Made by a program: the position numbers and the translations under genes. From Candidatus Hydrogenedens sp. (GTDB lineage Bacteria > Hydrogenedentota > Hydrogenedentia > Hydrogenedentales > Hydrogenedentaceae), in assembly GCA_049968235.1 (NCBI GenBank), contig JBMFRC010000007.1, positions 1 to 64,000 of the forward strand: DNA of 64,000 nucleotides, given 5' to 3'. The notes under the pieces are model-generated. The model was not told the DNA's origin. It saw nothing but the letters and a program-made list of their open reading frames with translations, and ran no database searches. Shown piece after piece: positions 28,201-37,404 of the stretch (within the stretch, counting starts at the first letter, position 1; each line of letters begins with the position of its first letter).

Positions 28201-30079
28201 CAGCATCGTTATCGGCACAAATTCCACCGGCATAGTCTGTTGAAGAAGTAATTACAGAATTATCTATGATTGAACAGGTGTTTATACTGCCCCTATTCTT
28301 TGAGACCAGACCCCCAGTATAACTATTACCATTTGCTACACAGTCCGAAATAACTATTTTTTGTATACTACCAAAATTCTCAGACGCTAATACTGCTGTA
28401 CTATCACCACCTGTTATTCTTGCTCCCGAAAAGGTTAAATTCGAAATAGTTGCGGTTGTGTCTAAATATTTAAATAGAGCCACCCCTTGTTCATCAGGTC
28501 GATTTATATACAAGTTCGTAATAGTATACCCCCCGCCTATTATTGTTCCATTGAACCAGAATACATTCGTTCCAATTGGTGCAAATCCTTTGCCTTCATT
28601 CCACGAATAAGTTTCAAAAGCATCTATGTCTGAAGTAATTGTGTATGTCCAAAACAAGGGATAATTTATATTATTTCCGATAGATTGCAGGTCGGATATG
28701 TTATTTATAGATATACTCTGGTCGGGTAAAAACTTTACGAACAATGATGTGGAAGAGGACATTGTCCAAACAATAGGTGTTTCTATAGGGACTATGAAAG
28801 ATTTGTTTGTTCCGGAGTATAATTCATACCCGGCAAAACGATATCCATCATTTGCCGACGGCGTTAATTTAACTATGCTCCATAGGTTATACGGTGGTTC
28901 AGGTTGTGCATCTACAGTGCCATTTTCAGTGTAAATGGTTAGTGCTAATTCCTCCGTTGTGGAAGGAAAAATTTGCAGGTAGGGTCTTGTTTTACCACTA
29001 TCCTGCGACCACACTGAGGTGTAATCCCATCTGACGGATTGAAAAATATCCGGAACTAACATCTGGTCTGTATACAGTTGTCCTCCTCCTGCAGTCTGTG
29101 TCTGCTGTGTTGCATCAATATCAAAAAATGAAACTTGCACTTTTGAAGAGTCACCTGCTCCTACGAGTCCTCCAACATTACTTTTGCCATAAACAAGACC
29201 GGCGGAAAAACATTCTGAAACAATTGACGAATTACTTCCAATTAATCCGCCCACGGTATCCTTTCCAAATGTCCAGCAGGTAGAGAAACATTGAGTTATA
29301 GTTGAATAAGACAATGAAGTTGTTACACCTGCAAAACCTCCAACTTGACTTCCATCTCCATAAACCAAACCTGTTGAACAACACTGTTTAATCTGTGTAG
29401 AAGATGAACCTAAGACTCCTCCTATTGTATTTTGTCCTATAATAAAAATATCTTTTACAAAACAATTCTGGAGTATACCCTCACTCATAGTCCCTGCAAT
29501 ACCCCCTAAAAAAGCAACTCCATTTACTTTTGAATTTACTATTTTTATATCTTCAATAAGATGCCTTTCATCATACCCCGATTGATTTGTGGAACCTATC
29601 CGTAGAATACTTCCTGCTAAGCATCCGACATTAGTTCCTCCTGTTATTTCTGCATTTTCTATTATAAGATTTTTAACTTTTCCTACATAGAATTCAGGTG
29701 CAGAAGAACCATGAGAAATGATATGTGTAGCAACATATCTAAAAATACCGACATTGCTTTCATTCGGACGATTTATATGCAACCCCGTTATTTTGTGTCC
29801 CTGACCATCAAAAGTTCCACAAAAAGGTTCTGTATAAGTGCCGATAGGTTGAAATCCTTCACCTCCATTCCAGCCAAATGTGGCTAAAGCATCGATATCC
29901 TGAGTTAAGACATAATTACCATTACGAGGATAACCCGGGTCATTTCCAATTAGTTGCAGTTTTTCAATTGTATCAATCTGAACCTGTGCTGATAGGTTAG
30001 ATATACATACAGTAAATGACGCGACCACTATTAATAACAAATAATTTCTTTTTGCTATGTCCATATATAAAATCTCCAA
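25283..30079 (-). CDS. Giant secreted surface protein (1598 aa). Multiple GLUG-motif repeats, three PASTA-like modules, an EGEG-repeat linker and a C-terminal tandem dockerin-like module.
   Basis: Signal peptide. More than 20 GGLxG/GGIxG (GLUG-type) repeats. …GxVxxQxPxxGTxxxxGSxVxxxVSxGPC modules (PASTA-like). (EGEG)n tract. C-terminal D-x-N-x-D-G-x-I-N-x-x-ELLRxIQxFN in two copies. Confidence 0.75.
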   Translation of the reverse strand: MEILYMDIAKRNYLLLIVVASFTVCISNLSAQVQIDTIEKLQLIGNDPGYPRNGNYVLTQDIDALATFGWNGGEGFQPIGTYTEPFCGTFDGQGHKITGLHINRPNESNVGIFRYVATHIISHGSSAPEFYVGKVKNLIIENAEITGGTNVGCLAGSILRIGSTNQSGYDERHLIEDIKIVNSKVNGVAFLGGIAGTMSEGILQNCFVKDIFIIGQNTIGGVLGSSSTQIKQCCSTGLVYGDGSQVGGFAGVTTSLSYSTITQCFSTCWTFGKDTVGGLIGSNSSIVSECFSAGLVYGKSNVGGLVGAGDSSKVQVSFFDIDATQQTQTAGGGQLYTDQMLVPDIFQSVRWDYTSVWSQDSGKTRPYLQIFPSTTEELALTIYTENGTVDAQPEPPYNLWSIVKLTPSANDGYRFAGYELYSGTNKSFIVPIETPIVWTMSSSTSLFVKFLPDQSISINNISDLQSIGNNINYPLFWTYTITSDIDAFETYSWNEGKGFAPIGTNVFWFNGTIIGGGYTITNLYINRPDEQGVALFKYLDTTATISNLTFSGARITGGDSTAVLASENFGSIQKIVISDCVANGNSYTGGLVSKNRGSINTCSIIDNSVITSSTDYAGGICADNDAESGIYFSNVNANVSGSSYIGGIAGKNKGYIRKSYSEGEVISSESYVGGLIGVNQGTIYRCYSHSNVFCHEYGGGLVGLNFANVEETYSKGSVTEGATNSGGLIGYNWGNVIRSFWDKDTSNYNSSAGGTGKTTEEMLESATFEAEGWDFEFTWTNDNDTVYPYLFVTTTVPSVYNIPLEEAQDIIISTSLTVGEISYQCSDTVGYGNVVTSDPLPGWEAPLGYSVNLVVSDGPCPPPTKVLSSIDELQLIGNSADYPLDGGYELSQDIDASNTAEWNGRLGFAPIGNQYNPFTGYFDGKGFKIKNLTINRSSTDNIGLFGKISGNAIIKNLILEDVSISGKNNTGGLIGVCEGGAIINISVSGTLLGKGNLGGISGLNQNGNISNCYANVILSNSQNNSNTGGIVGQNQDIVTQCYSEVNMNITNTPFGAGGIVGSNDGNVSYCTSTGTIKASDNCGGIVGSNAWAISKCWANVYLDGQNYLGGLAGKNTGGTITNCFATGTVKASFYSGGLVGYLTGGTIENCYSIGKVSGISGYIGGLIGYQSGGETKNSFWNVITSRMNTSWGGTGKTTTELLNINTYLIAGWDFANVWYVPSKTQSYPQLKDTPLIQFVSIPRLIDLGQEEANNTLTELGLNRGSVSVQCNTAYPAGTVFSQTPEENNIVAESYAVDMKVSSGPCPTNVPAIVGFAVEQAELILANANLLIGNVNYQCSNQYDEGIVFIQSLPAGTQVPEGSSVDITVSLGPCMTIVPYVIGLTQSSAEYQINTAELTVSVVTECNDGVEPGIVFGQEPASGTQIITGSVVTIYVSTGPCSEGIIEGTLEGEGTPLEGEGIMEGEGTPTEGEGAVDGEGVTEGTFEGEGIIEGEGLQEGEGEVITHHSADSNNDGTINLTELLRVIQFFNIRGYHCEEGTEDGYSPGLDGDHSCYPHSSDYNPQDWQINLGELLRLIQIFNIGHYSLCPGNSEDGFCF
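25571..25760 (-). repeat. In-frame short tandem repeat DNA encoding the (T/I)-E-G-E-G linker of the giant protein
   Basis: Periodic gaaggtgaaggt-type units. The antisense frame yields the artefactual PSPS ORF at 25503-25781. Confidence 0.6.
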
Positions 30080-30158
30080 ATGTAAATTTTTTAGTTTAAT
30101 TACATTTTTTATACTTTTTCTTATTTCATATAAATGATTATATCTTATTCAAATATTC

Positions 30159-30196
30159 AAAAAAAATAGAGCAAAACAAATAATGTTTCGCTCTAT
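30159..30196 (-). terminator. Rho-independent terminator of the rplM-rpsI operon
   Basis: On the minus strand: hairpin (atagagcaaaac / gtttcgctctat, one mismatch, 7-nt loop) followed by a T8 run. Lies 28 nt downstream of the rpsI stop. Confidence 0.65.
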
Positions 30197-30223
30197 ATAA
30201 AATAGTAATTGTAATTTTTTGGA

Positions 30224-30625
30224 TTAACGTTTTGAGAATTGGAAGCGTTTTCTGGCACCCGGTTTCCCGTATTTTTTCCGTTCTACTTCTCGTGGATCAC
30301 GGGTTAATAAACCATAATTTCTTAGTGTTGTTCGTAAATTCGCATTTGCTTCCAATAATGCACGAGCAATACCATGCCGTAATGCTCCAGCCTGACCTGA
30401 TAATCCACCACCATCACAAAGAGCACGGATATCATATTTATCTTCCATCCCTGTAACTACGAGAGCTCGTTTTGCAATACGAACTAAAACCTCTCGTGCT
30501 AAATATTCCTCCACCGGTTTACCATTTACGATAAATTTACCATTACCGGGTTTAATGCGGACACGGGCAACTGCTCGTTTTCTTCTACCTGTTGCTACGA
30601 TTTCTTGTGTATTCGGGTCTATCAC
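30224..30625 (-). CDS. rpsI: 30S ribosomal protein S9
   Basis: GRRKRAVARVRIKPGNGKFIVNG…GGGLSGQAGALRHGIARAL…ARKRFQFSKR. Confidence 0.95.
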   Translation of the reverse strand: MIDPNTQEIVATGRRKRAVARVRIKPGNGKFIVNGKPVEEYLAREVLVRIAKRALVVTGMEDKYDIRALCDGGGLSGQAGALRHGIARALLEANANLRTTLRNYGLLTRDPREVERKKYGKPGARKRFQFSKR

Positions 30626-30645
30626 GGTTTTATTATCCTCCTGTC

Positions 30646-31083
30646 TTAATCTTTAACTTCCCAGATTTCTGGGTTTTGTGCCTGATGTTTATGTTCACTG
30701 CCAGCGTAAACTTTTAGGTGTTTTACAATTTTTCTTCCTAAACGATTATGGGGAAGCATTCCCCAAACGGCTAATTCCATAGCACGCGTTGGATGTTTTG
30801 CAACAATTTGCTCATAGGTGAACTCTCTTAATCCACCTTTATAGCCTGAATGCCTGTAGTATTTCTTTTGTTTTGTTTTATTTCCAGTAACAATAGCCTT
30901 TTCTGCATTGATAATAATTACATGGTCACCACAATCCATAAAAGGGGTAAAAATAGGTTTATGTTTACCACGTAATAGCCTTGCAGCTTCGGCTGCGACA
31001 CGACCTAATATTTTACCCTCTGCATTGATTAGATACCATCTCTTTTCAATGTCATTTATTTTCGGTATAAATGTTTTCACCAA
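30646..31083 (-). CDS. rplM: 50S ribosomal protein L13
   Basis: [43 protein letters not shown]…; conserved L13 N-terminus. Confidence 0.95.
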   Translation of the reverse strand: MVKTFIPKINDIEKRWYLINAEGKILGRVAAEAARLLRGKHKPIFTPFMDCGDHVIIINAEKAIVTGNKTKQKKYYRHSGYKGGLREFTYEQIVAKHPTRAMELAVWGMLPHNRLGRKIVKHLKVYAGSEHKHQAQNPEIWEVKD

Positions 31084-31269
31084 TGTTCTCCTCTTAATGA
31101 AAAAAAATAAACATACTTATTAATTTCTAAACTTCTGAAAATGTAACGGGAATAAAATTATATCAAAAATATCTTTTGATTATCAACTTAATTATTTAAA
31201 TATTCATATTTCATAGACCACTAAGATTATGAAAAAGATATAATATCATGTTATTATATTAATAGACAT

Positions 31270-31500
31270 AGTATACGCGAAAAGATTTTCCTTTTTCCTG
31301 CGGTGCTCGAGATGGACTGAGAAACGTGGTTCCTTAAAACTAATTTAAGGGAGTTCAAAGCTGAGAGCAAAATTCGAGTAGTCTACGATATGCCTTCAAA
31401 GTAAAGGAAATCGGATGGCTACCGTGAGAACACCCACTTATAAAAATTAGGTTCACAACGTTTCCAAAAAGTCCGACGACACACGCGGGATTTTTTTTAA
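31270..31500 (+). ncRNA. Candidate structured non-coding RNA (GC-rich island in an AT-rich divergent intergenic region, ending in GCGGGAUUUUUUUU). Class not identified.
   Basis: Local GC content is well above its flanks. No ORF. Terminal G/C segment plus U-run. I could not match tmRNA, SRP, RNase P or 6S consensus by eye. Confidence 0.2.
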
Positions 31501-31520
31501 AAAATTTTTGGAGTTTATTC

Positions 31521-31549
31521 TTGACAAATGATTTTCAATATGATATTAT
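31521..31549 (+). promoter_or_regulatory. Candidate sigma70-type promoter for the pil operon
   Basis: TTGACA (31521-31526), 17-nt spacer, TATTAT (31544-31549), about 105 nt upstream of pilM. Confidence 0.35.
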
Positions 31550-31656
31550 TAATAACAATAAATGATTTCGTAAATTATTAGTCTTACAGAAAAAGGCTAT
31601 TTAATATAATGATTGACATTATTAAATATAATGATAAAAAATAAGGACAAAAAAAA

Positions 31657-32853
31657 GTGTCATCATTTTCAAGACCTAAAAAAACAATAGGCATAGACCT
31701 GGGTGCACACTCTGTTAAAACATTACAAATGTCTAAACAAGGAAGAAAAATTTATATAGAAGAAGCAGGCTATGCAGAAATAGATTCTGAATTATCCATT
31801 GCAGACCCAATCAAAGCGAACACAGATGCTTTATTAACAGCACTTACAGGATTATCTCCTAAACAAAGCTATATAGTTTCCGCACTACCTGGAAATACTG
31901 CGGTTGTTCGTTATCCTAAAATCACATTAAAATCAAATGAAACAATAGCAAGTGCTGTTCAAAGGGAATCTTCTCAACATATTCCATTCGACTTAAATGA
32001 GGTATTTTTATCCTGGGATGTTATAGAAAAAGAATCAGAAGAATCTAAAGTACAGATACTTCTGGTAGCAGCGAAAAATGAGGCTATAAACAGCCGTCTT
32101 CGTATTTTCCAGGCATGTGATATTGCATGTTCGGTGTTTGATATAGATTCAATTGCGGTATATAACGCAATAGAAAGGTGTCATTTATTGCATCCCGAAG
32201 AAAGCGTTGCTATTTTTGACATTGGTTACTCTTCTTCAAGTATACATTTTGTTCGCGATATGAAATCTGTGTTTATCCGAGATTTAATGTGGGGGGCAAA
32301 AGATATTCTTGATGCTATCGTAAAGGAAAGAAAATGCGATTATAAACAAGCGGAAAAAGACTTAATTTTAGCAAGCAAAGAAGCCAAAGAAGAACATCCC
32401 GAAGCTGTTGAAATTGCCACACCTGAAGTAGGTGAAGTAGAAGAAGCAATTGTAGCAGAACCTGTTTCCCCACTTGAACCTTTAGATGATGAATTTGATA
32501 TTGATAGACCACCTGTAGAAGTTATAGGTTTTACACCAAAAAGTATAAGTGAAATTATGATTTCGCCTATGAATCGAATGGTGAGTGAGGTAAGACGCTC
32601 TTTTGATTTCTATGAACACCAACTTTATGAAAAACCTGTTAAAAAGATTATTCTTTGCGGTGGTATATCTTGTTATCCTTTAATTGGCGCAACATTAGTG
32701 GAAGAATTTGATGTAGATTCGGTCGAACTTGCTGATTTAACGACTTCAGAAGTTTTTCTTTCCAATTCAAAATCATTAGAAATTTTCAAAGAGCATTCAG
32801 CAAAATTTGCTGTTGCTTTTGGCTTAGCAGCACGAGGATTATCAGAAATATGA
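31657..32853 (+). CDS. pilM: Type IV pilus assembly ATPase-like protein PilM, with an acidic Pro/Glu-rich insertion
   Basis: Actin-like fold N-terminus IGIDLGAHSVKTLQM. First gene of a pilMNOPQ array. Insertion EEHPEAVEIATPEVGEVEEAIVAEPVSPLEPLDDEFD. Confidence 0.8.
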   Translation: MSSFSRPKKTIGIDLGAHSVKTLQMSKQGRKIYIEEAGYAEIDSELSIADPIKANTDALLTALTGLSPKQSYIVSALPGNTAVVRYPKITLKSNETIASAVQRESSQHIPFDLNEVFLSWDVIEKESEESKVQILLVAAKNEAINSRLRIFQACDIACSVFDIDSIAVYNAIERCHLLHPEESVAIFDIGYSSSSIHFVRDMKSVFIRDLMWGAKDILDAIVKERKCDYKQAEKDLILASKEAKEEHPEAVEIATPEVGEVEEAIVAEPVSPLEPLDDEFDIDRPPVEVIGFTPKSISEIMISPMNRMVSEVRRSFDFYEHQLYEKPVKKIILCGGISCYPLIGATLVEEFDVDSVELADLTTSEVFLSNSKSLEIFKEHSAKFAVAFGLAARGLSEI

Positions 32854-33581
32854 TAAGAATTAATTTATTACCCGAACAATATAGACCTGTAAAGAAATCC
32901 ATACTTCCATACTTTTTGGCAATGGTGATATGTGTTTTAGGTATTCTGTCTATTATTTTCTTTTACTTATCACTACACCAAAAAGTTATTCAAGTTGAAA
33001 CACAAAAAAGTAAACTCCAAAAAGAATATGACTCTCCAACTGAATTAAGAAATGAAGATGGAGAATTTATAACCCTATCAGGAGTTGTAAATGAATATCG
33101 GAAGTTAGATAAGAAAAAACAGGAATTAGAAAAAAGAGTGGCTGTTATTCAGGAAATTCTAAGTGACCGCATTATCTGGTCTGAAAACCTTTTCTTGCTT
33201 GCTACATTGACGCCAGAAAATGTTTGGTATGATAGAATTCGTGTTACATGGCAGACATTTCGGGAAAAAGTTATTAAAATAGACCAAAAAACAGGCAAAG
33301 CAGTTATTGACCCTAAAACAAAAGAACCTCAATTTGAACAGAAAAGTGTAAAGAAGCCTATTCTCGAAATCACTGGTTATGTAATTAGTGGAGAACAAGG
33401 TGAACGACAAATATCTCCTCTTATTGAAAATACAACAGACCCCGAAAAAGCATCCTATTTCGTAAAACAGTTTACTTTATTAAGACCTAAGATTGAAGAT
33501 ACAGAGTTTAATGGTTTTTCCGTTCGTAAATTTACATTAGAATATTTAATTGAAGCCAAACCGGGAGTCAAAAATGATTGA
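32850..33581 (+). CDS. pilN: Type IV pilus inner-membrane component PilN
   Basis: MIRINLLPEQYR start motif. Single N-terminal TM. ATGA overlap with pilM. Confidence 0.75.
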   Translation: MIRINLLPEQYRPVKKSILPYFLAMVICVLGILSIIFFYLSLHQKVIQVETQKSKLQKEYDSPTELRNEDGEFITLSGVVNEYRKLDKKKQELEKRVAVIQEILSDRIIWSENLFLLATLTPENVWYDRIRVTWQTFREKVIKIDQKTGKAVIDPKTKEPQFEQKSVKKPILEITGYVISGEQGERQISPLIENTTDPEKASYFVKQFTLLRPKIEDTEFNGFSVRKFTLEYLIEAKPGVKND

Positions 33582-34161
33582 TTTATTTCGTGGCAAAATA
33601 ACAATTAAAGACTGGGCAATTTTCGGGTTGGTATTGGCAGTTGTTGTTGGTTTATTTATTACTGCCTACCTGCTACTCTTTATTCCACAACAAAATAAGA
33701 TAGCACAGATACAAAATGATATTAATAATTTGCAAAAGAAGATTTCAGATGCAAAAAAAACCGTAGATAATTATGACAAATTACAGAATCAAGCGAAGAA
33801 GATGGACAATTTAGTAAAAATGTTTAATGAACGATTGCCCGAAAAAAGAGAAGTCCCGAAACTTATGAAACAATTTGAAAGTATGGGAGATAGCCTAGGA
33901 TTAAAAACGCAACTTACTCCCCTACCTACAACCGTAGACGCATCAAAAGAAGTAATTCCGTATCAGGTTGTGGCTAAAGGTTCTTTTCATCAGATTGTTG
34001 CTTTTATCAACTTATTAGAAAAAGACCAGCGTTATCTAAAAATTTCAGACCTTGATATTGGCCCTGAAAAAGCAGGGATTTGTGAAGCAAAATTTGTTCT
34101 TAGTACATTCCGTTTCGTTGAACAAGAAGATACTGGAACCCAACAACAGAAGAAGTCATAA
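33574..34161 (+). CDS. pilO: Type IV pilus inner-membrane component PilO
   Basis: Single TM, coiled coil then periplasmic domain. The likely start is MIDLFRG, overlapping the pilN stop; the track gives an alternative upstream start at 33550. Confidence 0.6.
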   Translation: MIDLFRGKITIKDWAIFGLVLAVVVGLFITAYLLLFIPQQNKIAQIQNDINNLQKKISDAKKTVDNYDKLQNQAKKMDNLVKMFNERLPEKREVPKLMKQFESMGDSLGLKTQLTPLPTTVDASKEVIPYQVVAKGSFHQIVAFINLLEKDQRYLKISDLDIGPEKAGICEAKFVLSTFRFVEQEDTGTQQQKKS

Positions 34162-34163
34162 CT

Positions 34164-34745
34164 ATGGATAACAGAAGACAAATAATCATAGCAGGAGCAT
34201 TGCTCGTTATACTTATCGGCGTTCTCTTCTATCAATTCGTTTTGGCAAGGCCCAATGCACCAACTCCTTCGCCAACAACCAATACAAAAACAACTACGCA
34301 AACCCTTTCAACAACAACTTCTACACAAGTAGCATCTACATCCACAAGCGGAACATCCATTGCACCTACGATTGATACTCTGGAACAAAATGTTGATGAA
34401 ATCATCGAAAATTTATTAACTGCTATTCAAATAGTCCAATTTAACTATCAAGAAATAGTTCCTCCCCGTAACCCAATGACACCACTGGTTGGGGTAATAC
34501 CAACAACAATATTTGAGGCAGAAACCCCTGTTCCTAATACAGAAGTAACACCGGGACAGGTTCTCAGTAAAAAGATTTCGGCGATTATCTGGGATGAATA
34601 TCAACCTTTAGCCATAATTGACAATAAACTTGTGGCAGAAGGATATACTTTCCCAGACCGTATACAAGTATATAAGATTGAACCAACACGGATTATATTT
34701 AAACTCGAAGATACAATTTTCCCGGTAAGATTAAAGGAGCAATAA
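34164..34745 (+). CDS. pilP: PilP-like lipoprotein/periplasmic pilus assembly protein with Thr/Ser-rich linker
   Basis: Its position between pilO and pilQ. N-terminal TM/signal. T/S-rich low-complexity linker. C-terminal beta-rich domain. Confidence 0.4.
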   Translation: MDNRRQIIIAGALLVILIGVLFYQFVLARPNAPTPSPTTNTKTTTQTLSTTTSTQVASTSTSGTSIAPTIDTLEQNVDEIIENLLTAIQIVQFNYQEIVPPRNPMTPLVGVIPTTIFEAETPVPNTEVTPGQVLSKKISAIIWDEYQPLAIIDNKLVAEGYTFPDRIQVYKIEPTRIIFKLEDTIFPVRLKEQ

Positions 34746-34746
34746 A

Positions 34747-37404
34747 ATGCAAAAAAGGAAAAACATCTGTTCCAATTTACAGCAATCTGCTATAATAGCA
34801 CCATGTAAAAAGGGGTTTTATGTTCCTGGTTTTCTTCTGTTTATTCCCTTACTTTTCATTGTTTGTTCACCATCCCTTGCTATTGATGATGGAACGAACT
34901 CTTTATGGAAACAGCAAGAAAATACATGGGTCTTCCAACTCAACAATAATCTCAATATGTCGTATCTCATATCGGAAAACAAAGAGAAAAATGAAATTAA
35001 ACTCACATTAGAATATTCCAACGGTATTTCTCTCTCTACGGAACAAATTTTACAAAACAAACCTGATTTTGTATCTATCGATTGTTCAAAAATAGACAAA
35101 TCTGGCATGGAATATACCTTTTCTATCGCATCCAACCATGCGTATAATGTCCAAAAAAACGAAAATAGTTTATCTATCATTTTTAAACCAGCGGGAAAAT
35201 ACCCTTCTGAAATTGAAAAGGTTGCTTCAGATATACAATCGCTCATAAATAATTCTAATATTAGAGGAACATCTATTGTTGATGAAAAAATTAACTCTTT
35301 AGACAACACAATATCTAAACTCCGGGTTGAAAATGAACTTAAATTAGCCAAACAAATCACACCTGAATTAATATTACAAAAACCCAATCAAGTTTTTAGT
35401 CAGAATATAAATGTAGCACAATCGCTTTCCGTTGGAAATGTAGGGAATCCAGAAAGAAAAATTGAAATTCGTGAAGCAAAACCTGTGGATACACCTCCCC
35501 CCCCACCCCCTCCTGCAGTAGAAAATACAGATACCCAACCGCAGGAGAATATTTCCCAAACACCTCCTGAAACACATAAAGAAGAAGCCTCTCAACAACC
35601 CCAAACTACACAGGAAACTCCCGCAGAAGAAGGAACGCAACCTCCTATGCCTCGTGAAGCAACACCGGAACAGGCAATCGATGCTACAGCAGAGATAACA
35701 AGAGAATTAAGAGAATTGCAAACTACAAATGAAGAACCAGATAAACAATTAGTTCCTATAACGCCAGAAGAAACAAAACCTGCAGGAAAAATAACCGAGG
35801 CAGAAAAACCAAAAGAGGAAATTTTATCAGAGGTAAAAATTAAACCTTCGCCTAAAGGTTTAGATACCATCACGGACTTTGAATGTGAACAGATGCCTTT
35901 AGCTAAAGTAGTTCCTTTATTAGCTTACAAAGCAGGGATAAATGTAATAGCGGGAGCAGACCTTAAAGGCAATGTTACTATGAGTTTGAAGCAAGTAACT
36001 CTTAGAAAAGCCATTGAAGCTGCTTTAAGAATGAATGGGCTTGGAATAATTCAAGAAGAAAATATCTATCGAATTGTTCCTTATGAAGAAGCGCTGTCCA
36101 GTGATAGAAGTACTATTGTTGTCCGTCTGGAAAACGCTAAAGCAACCGAAATAAGAAAAGTTCTCGAAGAAATTACAAAAGGGACAAAAGGTAGGGAATA
36201 TATTACCCTTAGTGCCAATGATACTACAAATGTAGTAATTCTCTCGGGACCAGAAGAAAACATTCAAGGTTTGGCACAAATGGCAAAGGAATTGGATATA
36301 GCCAAACCTATTATTCCTACAATAACAGCAACAATAAAACTAAACTATGCAGACCCCGACGAACTGGCAAAATCTATTCAAAAAATTCTCACACCTAAAA
36401 CAGGAAATGTATCTGCAGATGCTCGTGCAAGAAATATTATTGTAACCGATATTCCGGTGGTAGTTGAACAAGTAAAAGAAATTGTGAAAACCCTTGATAT
36501 TCCTGTTAAACAGGTCCTTATTGATACAATGGTTGTTGACGCTACATTAGGAGATGAATCACAAACAGGTATTGATTGGTTATTAAAATCGGTTCGTAAT
36601 CAGAGTTGGAGAGATTTTGTAATGTATGGACCTGAGGGTAGAAAAGTAGGTAATATTCAGCAACTTGATTTAGGTGGTGCATCCCAAACAGGTGATACGA
36701 TAGGCAACCTTACCTTCAATATTCTTACTCGTGAAATCGATTGGAAAGGTATAATTAAAGCCCAGATACAAAATCGGAATGGACATCTCATTTCCAACCC
36801 TGTTGTAGCCACTATTGAGAATAAACCTGCAACAATAACAATCTCTCAAGAAATTCCTTATATCGACCTTTCACAAACAAGTGAGGGAGGTGCTTTGACA
36901 AATACACGATTCAAACAGATAGGTACTGTTCTTGAGGTTACCCCGCGGGTTACTCATGATAATCATGTAATTATAGACATTAAGGGTAAAGAAAGCACTG
37001 TGGTCGGTGAGTTTAATGGTGTTCCCATTGAAGATATGAGACAGGTTACTAGCACACTTCATATTAATAGCGGTCAAACTATCTTTGTTGGCGGCTTAAG
37101 AAAACGCAATGATAGTGTAACCTCGCAGAAAATGCCCATACTCGGAGATATACCTGTATTAAATGTTGTCTTCAAATCTAATCAACGGAAGGCTCAAATT
37201 AATGAGTTATTAATCTTCCTTACTTGCTCTGTTTTAGAACAGGAATTACCGGAATTAACAGATGAGCAGAAAAAAGCCTATGACGACGCAAAACAGGCAC
37301 CTATGGATGCAGACCTCAGTAAATATATGGGACATGATATCCTTCACCCAAAAGATATATCTACTCCTCCCTATAAATGGAAAAGGGTCAAAAAAGACCA
37401 ATAG
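34747..37404 (+). CDS. pilQ: Type IV pilus secretin PilQ, with a long Pro/Gln/Glu-rich linker between N-terminal domains
   Basis: C-terminal secretin domain (…VLEVTPRVTHDNHVIIDIKGKES…IFVGGLRKRND…MPILGDIPVLNVVFKS…ELLIFLT…). PPPPPPPA linker. Confidence 0.9.
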   Translation: MQKRKNICSNLQQSAIIAPCKKGFYVPGFLLFIPLLFIVCSPSLAIDDGTNSLWKQQENTWVFQLNNNLNMSYLISENKEKNEIKLTLEYSNGISLSTEQILQNKPDFVSIDCSKIDKSGMEYTFSIASNHAYNVQKNENSLSIIFKPAGKYPSEIEKVASDIQSLINNSNIRGTSIVDEKINSLDNTISKLRVENELKLAKQITPELILQKPNQVFSQNINVAQSLSVGNVGNPERKIEIREAKPVDTPPPPPPPAVENTDTQPQENISQTPPETHKEEASQQPQTTQETPAEEGTQPPMPREATPEQAIDATAEITRELRELQTTNEEPDKQLVPITPEETKPAGKITEAEKPKEEILSEVKIKPSPKGLDTITDFECEQMPLAKVVPLLAYKAGINVIAGADLKGNVTMSLKQVTLRKAIEAALRMNGLGIIQEENIYRIVPYEEALSSDRSTIVVRLENAKATEIRKVLEEITKGTKGREYITLSANDTTNVVILSGPEENIQGLAQMAKELDIAKPIIPTITATIKLNYADPDELAKSIQKILTPKTGNVSADARARNIIVTDIPVVVEQVKEIVKTLDIPVKQVLIDTMVVDATLGDESQTGIDWLLKSVRNQSWRDFVMYGPEGRKVGNIQQLDLGGASQTGDTIGNLTFNILTREIDWKGIIKAQIQNRNGHLISNPVVATIENKPATITISQEIPYIDLSQTSEGGALTNTRFKQIGTVLEVTPRVTHDNHVIIDIKGKESTVVGEFNGVPIEDMRQVTSTLHINSGQTIFVGGLRKRNDSVTSQKMPILGDIPVLNVVFKSNQRKAQINELLIFLTCSVLEQELPELTDEQKKAYDDAKQAPMDADLSKYMGHDILHPKDISTPPYKWKRVKKDQ

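Noticed and set aside
31270-31500. The GC-rich island might be RNase P RNA, tmRNA, SRP RNA or 6S RNA
   Set aside because: I could not find the conserved P4 motifs (GGAAAGUCCGG…ACAGAACCCGG), the tmRNA tRNA-like ends, the SRP domain IV GGAA/AGCAGC motif or a 6S-type long closing stem. It is also too short for RNase P. I kept it only as an unclassified ncRNA candidate.
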